Origin: Candidatus Campbellbacteria bacterium
Lineage (GTDB): Bacteria > Patescibacteriota > Minisyncoccia > Phycocordibacterales > EsbW-18
DNA: 64,000 nt
Direction of reading: 5' to 3'
Assembly (NCBI GenBank): GCA_024653945.1
Contig: JANLIT010000002.1
Span: 80,255 to 144,254, forward strand
Position numbers and translations under genes: made by a program. Numbering within the stretch: position 1 is the first letter of the stretch; each line of letters starts with the position of its first letter. A model generated the notes under the pieces. The model was not told the origin of the DNA. It did no database searches and saw nothing but the letters and a program-made list of their open reading frames with translations. Below are positions 1 through 8,688 of the stretch, in pieces.

Positions 1-247
1 AAATTACCTTAAGCGTTTGAGTGATTTGGAAAATATTGCTACATCATTTGAAGGTGTTGAGAAAGCATATGCGATTCAAGCGGGACGTGAGATTCGTATT
101 TTCATCAATCCGGAGAAAATTACCGACATTGAAGCAAAAACAATGGCACGCAGTATCGCTGACCGTATTGAAAAGGAATTAAAATTCCCTGGAGAAATTA
201 AGGTTAATGTGATTCGCGAGAATAGAGTTATAGAATACGCCCGGTAG
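1..247 (+). CDS. rny: Ribonuclease Y, C-terminal fragment (5' truncated by window)
   Basis: C-terminal signature [12 protein letters not shown]...[12 protein letters not shown]. Confidence 0.93.
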   Translation, partial: NYLKRLSDLENIATSFEGVEKAYAIQAGREIRIFINPEKITDIEAKTMARSIADRIEKELKFPGEIKVNVIRENRVIEYAR

Positions 248-271
248 TCATATAACATGTAACGTGTAACA

Positions 272-305
272 AAAAAGGTCGGCTCCACCATGGGGCCGAC
301 CTTTG
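272..305. terminator. Bidirectional intrinsic terminator
   Basis: aaaaaaggtcggctcc-accat-ggggccgaccttt hairpin between convergent genes. Confidence 0.7.
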
Positions 306-330
306 TCGCTTTAAAGAACCTTCGCGAGTT

Positions 331-759
331 TCACTCGGGTAGTGGTTCGATCCACGCCTCAGCAACAAGTACCAGACGACCCGTTGCCACGTCACGAACG
401 TGGTAGTTTACCCACGTATACGTTTTTCCACAACAAATGTCTTCTCGTATCTCGTTGCCTTCGATGATGCCAGTTCCCACGCGAGCACCCTTAGTGTTGC
501 AGGAAACTCGCGTACCGTTCGGAAGAACCATTTCGGGCCAGAAACATCCTGGAACGAGCTCCAAGTGAACATGGTCATCAGAAATCTCCAGAACCCGCAG
601 GGTCTGGAGGTCCAGAACCAGGTAGATGAGCCACCCCTCTTCCCGCTCACCATACCAAACCTCTTTGAATAGGTGTCCGAGCACGACACCCTGGCCACTC
701 AGTAGGCCAGAGCACACAACCCTCTTCCTCGGTGAAATGACTTCAGATGCACACACCAT
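331..759 (-). CDS. Hypothetical protein (orphan cassette)
   Basis: 142-aa ORF with GAGGGAG SD and TTGACA-N17-TATAAC promoter upstream (~815-843). Confidence 0.65.
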   Translation of the reverse strand: MVCASEVISPRKRVVCSGLLSGQGVVLGHLFKEVWYGEREEGWLIYLVLDLQTLRVLEISDDHVHLELVPGCFWPEMVLPNGTRVSCNTKGARVGTGIIEGNEIREDICCGKTYTWVNYHVRDVATGRLVLVAEAWIEPLPE

Positions 760-971
760 TGTTCACTCCCTCTCTACCTAGAAAAATGTTACGTTGAAAT
801 TGTAATCTTCGATAGTTATACATTTTTATATAGAAAATGTCAACTCACCGCCCTTTCTCTTCATATCCACACTATTCTCTAGGGGTATTGCTTAAAAAAC
901 GGCTTCGTTGCTATACTTTTGTATACGGTCGAATAAAAACCATTACCAACCACTAGTGGTTATCAAAAAAT

Positions 972-1250
972 ATGAATAAAGCAGCACTTGTCGAGCGCAT
1001 TGCAGAACGTCATGGTGTTACCAAGGCAGACGCAGAGCGCATCATGGACACAGTCATTGATTCAATTACATCAACGCTTAAAGGCGGAGGTGAAGTTGCA
1101 ATCGCTGGATTGGGTGCGTTCAAAGTTCGCGCCCGCGCAGCACGAACAGCACGCAACCCACGCACAGGAGCATTAGTAAATGTTCCCGCAACAAAAGTGC
1201 CAAAGTTTTCAGCAGCAAAGGCACTCAAAGAAGCAGTGAAAGGAAAATAA
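972..1250 (+). CDS. hup: DNA-binding protein HU
   Basis: MNKAALVE...GLGAF...RTARNPRTG...VPKFSAAKALKEAV. Confidence 0.96.
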   Translation: MNKAALVERIAERHGVTKADAERIMDTVIDSITSTLKGGGEVAIAGLGAFKVRARAARTARNPRTGALVNVPATKVPKFSAAKALKEAVKGK

Positions 1251-1270
1251 TTTTCATTTCATTGTCCCAC

Positions 1271-1304
1271 ATACAAAAAATCTCCTTCGGGAGATTTTTT
1301 GTAT
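1271..1304. terminator. Intrinsic terminator after HU
   Basis: atacaaaaaatctcc-ttcg-ggagattttttgtat. Confidence 0.85.
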
Positions 1305-1373
1305 ACAATCATTTAATTTTCGGTCACTGAAAGCGACCGTTGCCGCCGCAAGGTGGTGTTTTTGTTTTGTGTG

Positions 1374-1444
1374 TGCGGGATGCCGGAATCGGACCGGCGA
1401 CACCAGTTTGGAAAACTGGAGTTATGCCACTTAACTAATCCCGC
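1374..1444 (-). tRNA. tRNA-Gly(TCC), no encoded CCA
   Basis: Reverse complement folds as cloverleaf; anticodon loop tt-TCC-aa; T-loop TCCGATT. Confidence 0.92.
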
Positions 1445-1622
1445 CTTCGCTGCGCTTCGGCGGGTAAACCCGCCAGACAATATCCGAACAATACCTACTC
1501 AATGCACAAGCAACACGTAGAAGCATGGTACCAAAAAATTGAGAAACGACAACGCCTACCTACGCAGACGCGCCCGCCTCGTATGAGGTGGGCGCGTCAA
1601 TCAAGAGTATGTAAAACGTGCA

Positions 1623-1784
1623 CTACTCAGCCGATGAGCCGTCAGCATCTGATTCATCCTCGTCCGCACCTTCTCCATCTTCACCAACCTCAGGTGCCTC
1701 ATCCTCGGGGTCGTTCTCAAGAGGCGTTGCCGCAGGACTTTCATCACCATCTGTTGGAAGTGTAATATCGTCTAAATCTGACAT
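1623..1784 (-). CDS. 53-aa highly acidic peptide (below the ORF-track cutoff)
   Basis: MSDLDDITLPTDGDESPAATPLENDPEDEAPEVGEDGEGADEDESDADGSSAE, followed by a hairpin at ~1567-1598. Confidence 0.65.
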   Translation of the reverse strand: MSDLDDITLPTDGDESPAATPLENDPEDEAPEVGEDGEGADEDESDADGSSAE

Positions 1785-1829
1785 ATATACAATAGGTTAA
1801 TTGGCAATGGTATCCGCATGGTGCGAATT

Positions 1830-1851
1830 CCTGCCTGCCGGCAGGCAGGCG
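1830..1851. repeat. REP-like palindrome CCTGCCTGCCGGCAGGCAGG (copy 1)
   Basis: Perfect palindrome; inverted copy at ~6634-6655. Confidence 0.85.
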
Positions 1852-1946
1852 CATGAGTATAGCAATGTGTCTGTGTTTGTCAACCAAAATCACCACCATG
1901 TTGCATCAGGGTAATTTTATGCGCCCTTATTTTCTTTATTTTTTAT

Positions 1947-2003
1947 CCCGTTAGAGAATATTTCAATACAACGTCTTGTGTGTCACCCAAGTTCTCTAAC
2001 GGG
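1947..2003. mobile_element. MITE-like CCCGTTAGAG...CTCTAACGGG element, copy 1
   Basis: Terminal inverted repeats; flanks ttttat/atttat. Confidence 0.7.
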
Positions 2004-2014
2004 ATTTATTACAT

Positions 2015-2395
2015 CTATCGAAACCACTCACGTAGTGTTCGTGGCCACGACAGCATCAACAAAAGTGCGAGAGGGGCTCCCCAGTTTGCAAATCGTTCAA
2101 TGAAATCCCAGATTGATTCTCCAACAATTGGACGAAGAAGTGCGGTCCAAAATCCCCACAACACTGCCCACAACAACACAACGCGAATTGGTTTGAGAAG
2201 AACAACAAGCGCAACAAACATATCAGCAACACCAATCAACATAAGAAGCGTTATTGCAGTACCGAGGTCAGCACCAGTTAATTTTTGTATCCAACCGAGC
2301 CACTGTTCTTTTCCATCAAGGGCTAACATACCATGACCAATAAATTCTCCAGCAACCGCAATTCGCAACACCCACTGAATAAGTTTTGTATTCAT
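2015..2395 (-). CDS. DoxX-like integral membrane protein
   Basis: LRIAVAGEFIGHG and ERFANWGAPLALL motifs, hydrophobic helices; start reassigned to MNTKLIQW. Confidence 0.7.
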   Translation of the reverse strand: MNTKLIQWVLRIAVAGEFIGHGMLALDGKEQWLGWIQKLTGADLGTAITLLMLIGVADMFVALVVLLKPIRVVLLWAVLWGFWTALLRPIVGESIWDFIERFANWGAPLALLLMLSWPRTLREWFR

Positions 2396-2512
2396 CCCGT
2401 TTAGAGGCAGGTCGCGGTCATTGAAAATTTCCGAAACCTGCAAATTATTCTAGTAAAACAACTACTCATTATCCACCATACAATCCCGGAAGCGACCGCG
2501 GCCTCTAACGGG
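2396..2512. mobile_element. MITE-like element, copy 2 (on start codon)
   Basis: Terminal inverted repeats; exact 6-bp flank duplication attcat/attcat. Confidence 0.75.
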
Positions 2513-2565
2513 ATTCATGTACTAAAAGTATTAAAAATAAACTACCACACCCAGTGTAGCCTTTC

Positions 2566-2886
2566 TTATTTTTTCTTCCTAGACACTGTGTGAATTGCTT
2601 TTAACACCCACTCTGTAAGCACTTCCCTATCTTCAAGCACGTCTGTGGGAACTTCATAATAGTTTTTCAGCACCTGCTCCTTGCTTGGACGAAAACAATC
2701 CATACCTACGTCAATAAATTTCTGTTTACTTTCGTTATCAGTTTTTACATACAGCACGTTATCAGAAATAATCGCAAAAAATATCCCCTCAGCATACAAA
2801 CCAAAACCACCAAACATTTTTCGTGCGGTTACGTCTGGAATAGCCATAAGCTGATCCAGCACAAAGTCTTTAAATGATTCGTCCAC
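2566..2886 (-). CDS. TfoX/Sxy N-terminal domain protein
   Basis: ARKMFGGFGLY...FFAII...LYVKTD...YYEVP; GTG start chosen because the longer ORF overlaps the tRNA. Confidence 0.85.
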   Translation of the reverse strand: MDESFKDFVLDQLMAIPDVTARKMFGGFGLYAEGIFFAIISDNVLYVKTDNESKQKFIDVGMDCFRPSKEQVLKNYYEVPTDVLEDREVLTEWVLKAIHTVSRKKK

Positions 2887-2891
2887 AAGTG

Positions 2892-2962
2892 TCGGGGCGC
2901 CGAGAATCGGACTCGGTCTATCTGCTCCCAAAGCAGACGTACTACCGGTATACTACGCCCCG
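2892..2962 (-). tRNA. tRNA-Pro(TGG)
   Basis: Cloverleaf CGGGGCG...CGCCCCGA; anticodon tt-TGG-ga; T-loop TCCGATT. Confidence 0.92.
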
Positions 2963-2996
2963 TAACAAAAACAACAATATCATGTCTATACTGATT

Positions 2997-3401
2997 TTAA
3001 TAGACCCTTTCTTGTTTTATATCATTTTTTCTTTCTTCATCGTGCAATATTCGATGACAATTTGCACAAACAACTTCACATTTATTTATTTCCGACTTAA
3101 TACGCGAGAGACCGACCGCACGACGAAATGTTCCGACTGTAAATAATTTATCTTTTCCATTTTTGTGATGGAAATCAAGAACTCTTGGATCTCCAACTCC
3201 GCACCTACTACACCCTTTTTGTTGTTTGTATTCTAGAATTAATTGATAATAACGATTAATAAGCATTTGTTTTGTAATACGGTAACAATCGCGACACTTT
3301 CTGCGCCTGTACACTTTTTTCTCAGTCGTTAGAGCAACCCCAAAGAAGGACTCTGGGAGCGATTTTCCACAATATTTACAAACTTTTTCGCACTTTTTCA
3401 T
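2997..3401 (-). CDS. HNH endonuclease with Zn-binding CxxC motifs
   Basis: CSRCG...LDFHH...EINKCEVVCANCHRILH. Confidence 0.85.
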   Translation of the reverse strand: MKKCEKVCKYCGKSLPESFFGVALTTEKKVYRRRKCRDCYRITKQMLINRYYQLILEYKQQKGCSRCGVGDPRVLDFHHKNGKDKLFTVGTFRRAVGLSRIKSEINKCEVVCANCHRILHDEERKNDIKQERVY

Positions 3402-3459
3402 GTCCCAATCCTAGCGCATCAAGATAAATTTGGGATAAAGTAAAGTATCCCAAATTTTT

Positions 3460-3530
3460 CGGGCCGTCGTATAGTGGCAGTACACAAGGCTGGGGGTCTT
3501 GTAGTGAGAGTTCGATTCTCTCCGGCCCGA
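3460..3530 (+). tRNA. tRNA-Pro(GGG)
   Basis: Cloverleaf CGGGCCG...CGGCCCGA; anticodon ct-GGG-gg; TTCGA T-loop. Confidence 0.92.
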
Positions 3531-3538
3531 CCGTAGTT

Positions 3539-3958
3539 CTAAAGGACATTCTCAATGAAGAGTGTATGAGCTGTTTTGTCCTTTAGATTAAGTCGAATTG
3601 CCACAACATCTACCTGATACCGTGTTTCACGTGAAATATGTTTCTCAACTAGGTATGTCTGAATTGCCCTAGAAAGTCGCTCGAGCTTTTCACGCGTAAC
3701 GTGTTCCTCAGGTCTGATCATCGAGGTTAAACCTTGATAACCTGTTTCACGTGAAACGACACCGTTCCCTGTTTCGCATGAAACACATTTAACTTCAACA
3801 AATCTCAAAACTTTATTCTTTTGGGCAATAATATCTATCTCTCCCCATTTCTTTAGATAGTGTCTTTCTGTAATCTTAAAACCTCGTTTCACAAGAAACA
3901 GACACGCTAATTCTTCTCCTATTTTGCCTATTTTGATGTGTTTTGGGTCATTTTTCAT
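3539..3958 (-). CDS. yraN: YraN/UPF0102 family PD-(D/E)xK nuclease
   Basis: GKIGEELA...GEIDIIA...FVEVK...VDVVAI. Confidence 0.9.
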   Translation of the reverse strand: MKNDPKHIKIGKIGEELACLFLVKRGFKITERHYLKKWGEIDIIAQKNKVLRFVEVKCVSCETGNGVVSRETGYQGLTSMIRPEEHVTREKLERLSRAIQTYLVEKHISRETRYQVDVVAIRLNLKDKTAHTLFIENVL

Positions 3959-4009
3959 GGAAAATAAGATTTCATGTGTAACAAATACCTATATGTTTCA
4001 CGTGAAACA
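3623..4009. promoter_or_regulatory. parS: parS centromere array (7 sites)
   Basis: Perfect TGTTTCACGTGAAACA at 3994-4009; 15/16 at 3623 and 3743; 14/16 at 3770; 13/16 at 3885; weaker at 3968 and 3686. Confidence 0.85.
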
Positions 4010-4388
4010 CTTATATCGGACATTATTAGAGACAAATTCTATAATATGGCTTAACTGGGCTATTTTACACTGATATTTGCCTTTATTTTACACATGTCCA
4101 ATTGCCTGTCTTTTACACATATCCCCGTTGTTGTCCACAGTTTTAGCCATTTTACCCTTTTAAAATAAAGTTTTCTTAAAGACATGGTTGTTTTGTCTTT
4201 ATAAAAATTTTATCTATTATCTTTTGGTCGAGAGTTGGTTAGAATTTGCTAAATTTTTTTATCTGATTTGCTCACAAAAAGATTATTGACATACAAATTA
4301 TCGTATATTGTTATAAACATATGGTAAATTCAGTGAAAATAGATATACTGTTCTTTGCGGTGGACTCGTCCGCCGAACAACGTGCAAG

Positions 4389-4459
4389 GCGGGCATGGTT
4401 TAGTGGTAGAACACGTCCTTGCCAAGGACGAGACGGGAGTTCGATTCTCCCTGCCCGCA
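4389..4459 (+). tRNA. tRNA-Gly(GCC)
   Basis: Cloverleaf GCGGGCA...TGCCCGCA; anticodon tt-GCC-aa. Confidence 0.95.
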
Positions 4460-4498
4460 CACAGAAACAGGTTATAATAAATAAAGCTTATTAATGTT

Positions 4499-4570
4499 GC
4501 TCCCGTGGTGAAATGGATATCATGACAGGCTTCGAACCTGTTGTTGGGGGTTCGAATCCCTCCGGGAGCA
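4499..4570 (+). tRNA. tRNA-Arg(TCG)
   Basis: Cloverleaf GCTCCCG...CGGGAGCA; anticodon ct-TCG-aa. Confidence 0.93.
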
Positions 4571-4732
4571 CAGAGTGTAATACAATGTTTTCGAAGGGAT
4601 TCGAAAGTCGGAGCGCGACGGCGCGACACAGTAGGTCAATGTACTCATTGAGACGGGCAATCAGTAGATTGTGCCGAAGTAGGCTTCGAAAATAATTGCG
4701 ATCGAATCCCTTACAATAGTTGCAAGAACTGT

Positions 4733-6196
4733 ATGAAAGACCTACCAAAAGAAGCGCGGGGGATTGTGGCCCTACTGCAACATAACGGGTACGAGGCGTA
4801 TCTTGTTGGTGGTTGCGTGCGCGACATGTACCTTGATTGCACACCAAAGGATTGGGATGTGACCACAAATGCAAATCCCGAACAAATTCAGGCGCTTTTT
4901 CCACATACTTTTTATGAAAATGAGTACGGAACCGTTGGTGTGGTGAACGATGAAACAGAAGATGCAACACTCAAAGCAATTGAAGTCACGCCATATCGAA
5001 AGGAGAGCGGGTACAGCGACAAACGACACCCAGATAGTGTTTCTTTTGGCACATCTCTTGAAGAAGACCTTGCGCGACGAGATTTTACCATCAACGCATT
5101 CGCGTTTGATACCACAACCAACACACTTGTTGATGTATATGATGGAAAAAAAGATTTGAAGGACAAACTCATCCGCGCGGTTGGTGATGCGGAGAAACGA
5201 TTCAATGAAGATGCACTCCGCATGTTGCGCGCTGTTCGTTTTGCAACGGAATTTGGTTTTGATATTGAAAAAAAGACGTCGGATGCAATTCTCAAACACG
5301 CAGATGACCTCGCACATATATCGGCCGAGCGTATTCGTGATGAATTCACTAAAATGCTTTTGTCAGACAGCCCATTTCGTGGAGTACGGCTTCTCCACGA
5401 ACACAAATTGCTCTCGTACATTGTTCCAGAATTAGAGAAGGGAATTGATGTGGGTCAAAATCAGGCCCATTCTTACACGGTTTTTGAGCACATTGGACGA
5501 ACACTGCAAGCTGCTGCTGATAAAAAATTCTCACTTGAACTTCGTCTTGCGACACTTTTTCATGACATCGCAAAACCACATACAAAAGCGATGGACACAA
5601 AGAAAAATGATTGGTCTTTCCATGGACATGAAGTTGTGGGCTCACGTCTTGCACGCAAACGAATGCAAGAGTTACGTTTTCCAACAGAGATTGTTGAAAA
5701 AGTGACGAAACTTGTTCGATGGCACATGTTTTTCTCCGATACAGAACAAATTACACACTCCGCTGTGCGTCGTCTCATTCGAAATGTTGGTCCAGAGAAT
5801 GTTGAAGATATTTTGAATGTGCGCATCTGTGATCGAATTGGAACAGGACGACCAAAAGAACAACCATATCGTTTGCGTAAATACAAAGCCATGATTGATG
5901 AGGTGCTGCGCGACCCGGTGTCTGTTGGAATGCTTAGTATTGATGGTAAACAGCTTATGGAGCTCCTTGGAGAGCGTCCCGGACCACGTATTGGATGGAT
6001 TCTCCATGCACTCCTTGAAGATGTACTTGATGACCCAACACAAAATACAAAAGAGTATTTGGAAACTCGCGCACAAACACTTGTAAAGCTTCCCGACGCA
6101 GAACTCCGCATACTTGGTGAAAAAGGGAGAGATGCACAGGAAGAAGCTGAGGAAAAAGAAGTTAAAAAAATCCGCTCCAAACATCACGTGGAGTGA
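4733..6196 (+). CDS. cca: CCA tRNA nucleotidyltransferase with HD domain
   Basis: VGGCVRD, DWD, RRDFTINA, EDALRMLRA, FHDIAK; tRNAs here lack encoded CCA. Confidence 0.93.
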   Translation: MKDLPKEARGIVALLQHNGYEAYLVGGCVRDMYLDCTPKDWDVTTNANPEQIQALFPHTFYENEYGTVGVVNDETEDATLKAIEVTPYRKESGYSDKRHPDSVSFGTSLEEDLARRDFTINAFAFDTTTNTLVDVYDGKKDLKDKLIRAVGDAEKRFNEDALRMLRAVRFATEFGFDIEKKTSDAILKHADDLAHISAERIRDEFTKMLLSDSPFRGVRLLHEHKLLSYIVPELEKGIDVGQNQAHSYTVFEHIGRTLQAAADKKFSLELRLATLFHDIAKPHTKAMDTKKNDWSFHGHEVVGSRLARKRMQELRFPTEIVEKVTKLVRWHMFFSDTEQITHSAVRRLIRNVGPENVEDILNVRICDRIGTGRPKEQPYRLRKYKAMIDEVLRDPVSVGMLSIDGKQLMELLGERPGPRIGWILHALLEDVLDDPTQNTKEYLETRAQTLVKLPDAELRILGEKGRDAQEEAEEKEVKKIRSKHHVE

Positions 6197-6312
6197 GAAG
6201 AAGCTTGTTAGCTTCGTTAGCTTGTAGCTTATTAGCTTTTTAGTTTGTGGAGAAAACAAAACCTGCCCGAGCCGAAGCTGGGGCAGAAGTGCGTCGCTGT
6301 GGACAGAGAAAG

Positions 6313-6537
6313 CTATCTCTGCCAAACCCGAAGTGCCGGGAATCCGTTCACAGCGTCTAGAGTCATCAGATTACCAGGAGCCGTAACGTAAAGTTCACTC
6401 TCCCGAGTCCTCGCTTGAATCTCCGCGTGTTGGAAGAATCCCCTCAGTGAGGTGGTGGCGGTCTTGTTCATGATGAATACCTCACCAAACGGGTTCACGC
6501 GGACGAGAATGCGACCGTCGTCAAAAACCGTTTTCAT
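6313..6537 (-). CDS. Hypothetical protein (orphan cassette)
   Basis: AGGAGGAG SD, TTGACA-N16-TATAAT promoter, downstream hairpin. Confidence 0.65.
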   Translation of the reverse strand: MKTVFDDGRILVRVNPFGEVFIMNKTATTSLRGFFQHAEIQARTRESELYVTAPGNLMTLDAVNGFPALRVWQR

Positions 6538-6702
6538 GACTTTCTCCTCCTGTTTTTTTGAGCACGGTTGCTCGAGAACATTCGGTAGTATTATATTACA
6601 TTTTTTATTATTGTCAATATTCTCTAATTCGCACGCCTGCCTGCCGGCAGGCAGGAATTAGTCCTCTTCCAACTTCCATTATTTTAAATTAAATACGCAT
6701 AC

Positions 6703-6748
6703 GCATATGTGACTTATAGCCACGACCGTGGCTATAAGTCACATATGC
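6703..6748. repeat. Long perfect palindrome
   Basis: gcatatgtgacttatagccacg-ac-cgtggctataagtcacatatgc. Confidence 0.85.
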
Positions 6749-7065
6749 AAAAAGCCGCCCTGAAGTCACGGAACGCAATTCGGTGAAGAATAACCTTCTG
6801 TAACAGTGCAAGACGGCCTTGGCTTAGGATTGCTCGGAGAGAAATCCTTGTGTGGATATGGGGTAAGAAGAGCCTGAACGTATAGACTGGAGGTGCGTAT
6901 GTGGGGCGCACTATTCTCGTGTCTTGTCTTGCGAGACAATTTCACGCAAAACCGTTTGTTGCTTTTTTCCTCAATCCCTATCCTTGGGAAAGAACGAATG
7001 TGTCAGAAAGAGGCAAGGAGATTTGTGTGGGGTATATTTAATTGGGCCCCTTTGCTCTGACTCTG
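6749..7065 (-). ncRNA. Candidate ~315-nt non-coding RNA
   Basis: TTTACA-N17-TACACT promoter (7100-7072), no credible ORF, ends in long stem plus U-tract. Confidence 0.35.
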
Positions 7066-7218
7066 GTAGTAAGTGTAAAGGACATGCATACGAGTGTAAA
7101 GGACAAAAGTGCATAACTCTACTCTTAATGTCCTTTACTCAGCACTTAAGAATTTAAGTGCTGAGTAAATGCCGGACATCAAAAAACCTTTGTATACAAA
7201 GGTTTTTTGGCTTACTAC

Positions 7219-7265
7219 TTTTCCCGACGTTTCAGTCGGGACCCCGACCACAGCGTCGGGGCTAC
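7219..7265 (+). repeat. Double-hairpin REP-like repeat (TCCCGAC...GTCGGGA CCCCGAC...GTCGGGG), copy 1
   Basis: Near-identical copies at 22322-22368 and 24344-24390 (inverted). Confidence 0.9.
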
Positions 7266-8035
7266 TTACTACTTACTTCTAACCCAACCGGGCAGTGATC
7301 GGAGCCGTACACATCCGAAAGTATTTCTGAACGTTTAATTTTTGGAAGAAGATTTTGAGAAACAATAAAGTAGTCCAATCGCCAACCAATATTTCTATCT
7401 CGTGCGCGAGAAATGGTATCCCAATATGAGTAGGCATTTTTTGTGTCGGGATGAAAATGTCGGAATGTGTCAACAAATCCGGCGGAGAGAACTTCATCCA
7501 TCCACGCGCGTTCTTCTGGCAAAAATCCAACGTGTCCTTCATTTTCTTTCGGTCGAGCAATGTCTATTTCTTCATGCGCGACATTGACGTCACCACAAAA
7601 AATCACCTTTTTGCCATTTTTCCTTAGTTTTTTAATGTGTTCCAAAAATGCGTCATAAAAATCAAGCTTGTACTGAAGCTTTTCTGGAGAACCCCCTCCG
7701 TTTGGAAAATAGACATTCAAAAGTACAAAATCTTCAAAAGCGGCTTCAATAAGACGTCCTTGGGTGTTGAACTTTTCAGGTAACACATCAAAAGAGACAC
7801 TTTTAGGCTCTTTTTTTGAGTACACGGCTACACCACTATATCCTTTTCGTTCTTTTGATGAGTTGAAATAGGCAAAATAACCTTCTGGCTTTTGAACTTC
7901 TGGAGAAAGTTGGCCTTCTTCTACTTTCGTTTCTTGAAGGCAAAAAATATCAGGTTTTTCTTGTTCAAACCAATCCCAATACCCTTGATTAAAGAGTGAG
8001 CGAAGTCCGTTTACATTCCACGAGATAATTCTCAT
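7262..8035 (-). CDS. xth: Exodeoxyribonuclease III / AP endonuclease
   Basis: MRIISWNVNGLR, LQETK, GDVNVAH, GWRLDY, GSDHCP. Confidence 0.96.
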   Translation of the reverse strand: MRIISWNVNGLRSLFNQGYWDWFEQEKPDIFCLQETKVEEGQLSPEVQKPEGYFAYFNSSKERKGYSGVAVYSKKEPKSVSFDVLPEKFNTQGRLIEAAFEDFVLLNVYFPNGGGSPEKLQYKLDFYDAFLEHIKKLRKNGKKVIFCGDVNVAHEEIDIARPKENEGHVGFLPEERAWMDEVLSAGFVDTFRHFHPDTKNAYSYWDTISRARDRNIGWRLDYFIVSQNLLPKIKRSEILSDVYGSDHCPVGLEVSSK

Positions 8036-8154
8036 CCCGTTAGAGATAGGAAATGCGGGGCATTTCCGTATCATGTTTATCTTTCTTTAAAAATTCGACC
8101 ATGTTTTTAATTCTCCACACATCGCCCGTTCAAAACTGAGAGATCTCTAACGGG
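8036..8154. mobile_element. MITE-like element, copy 3 (on xth start codon)
   Basis: Terminal inverted repeats cccgttagagat...atctctaacggg; flanks tctcat/actcat. Confidence 0.75.
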
Positions 8155-8297
8155 ACTCATACAATGATTGTATCCAGCACTAAACGTTTCTCCAAATGCA
8201 CTGGAGCATTTAGTGCTGGATGTACTTTCTGATACAATACACGTGCTTATAACATTATTATTTAAATACATTTGGAGGTCTGGCCTCCCAAAAACAT

Positions 8298-8582
8298 ATG
8301 ATGAAAGGAAAATGTGGAGTGGCAAAAATTATTTGGATTTTGATTATTGTTGGAGCAATTAACTGGGGTCTTGTAGGTCTCGGTGGATTCTTCCAGAGTA
8401 ACTGGAACATCGTCAACCTTATTTTTGGCAGTTTGGGATGGTGGGTTGAGGGTGTTGTCTACGTTCTCGTCGGAGTAGCCGGTGTTATGTCACTCTTTCA
8501 CTGTAAGTGTGCGAAATGTAGTACGTGTGAATCATGTGGTGCAAACAACATGAAAAAGGAAGTGCCAATGCAACAGATGTAA
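8298..8582 (+). CDS. DUF378 family membrane protein
   Basis: LIIVGAINWGLVG...VYVLVGVAG. Confidence 0.88.
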   Translation: MMKGKCGVAKIIWILIIVGAINWGLVGLGGFFQSNWNIVNLIFGSLGWWVEGVVYVLVGVAGVMSLFHCKCAKCSTCESCGANNMKKEVPMQQM

Positions 8583-8688
8583 TTCAGAAAAGACCGGACC
8601 TCCTCTTGGAGGTCCGGTCTTTTTTATAACAACACCCCGCTCGAGTACGAGCGGGGTGTTGTGTTGTTATTGGAACTTTTAGGAGAAA

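Noticed and set aside
1321-1368. Small two-hairpin RNA (GAAA and GCAA loops) between HU and tRNA-Gly
   Set aside because: Too short, and explicable as terminator structures between convergent units.
4020-4330. oriC next to parS (AT-rich; TTTTACACA x2, TTGTCCACA)
   Set aside because: The dnaA-dnaN spacer has better boxes plus a trio-like run, and by eye the strand composition changes near dnaA. A computed GC skew is needed to exclude it fully.
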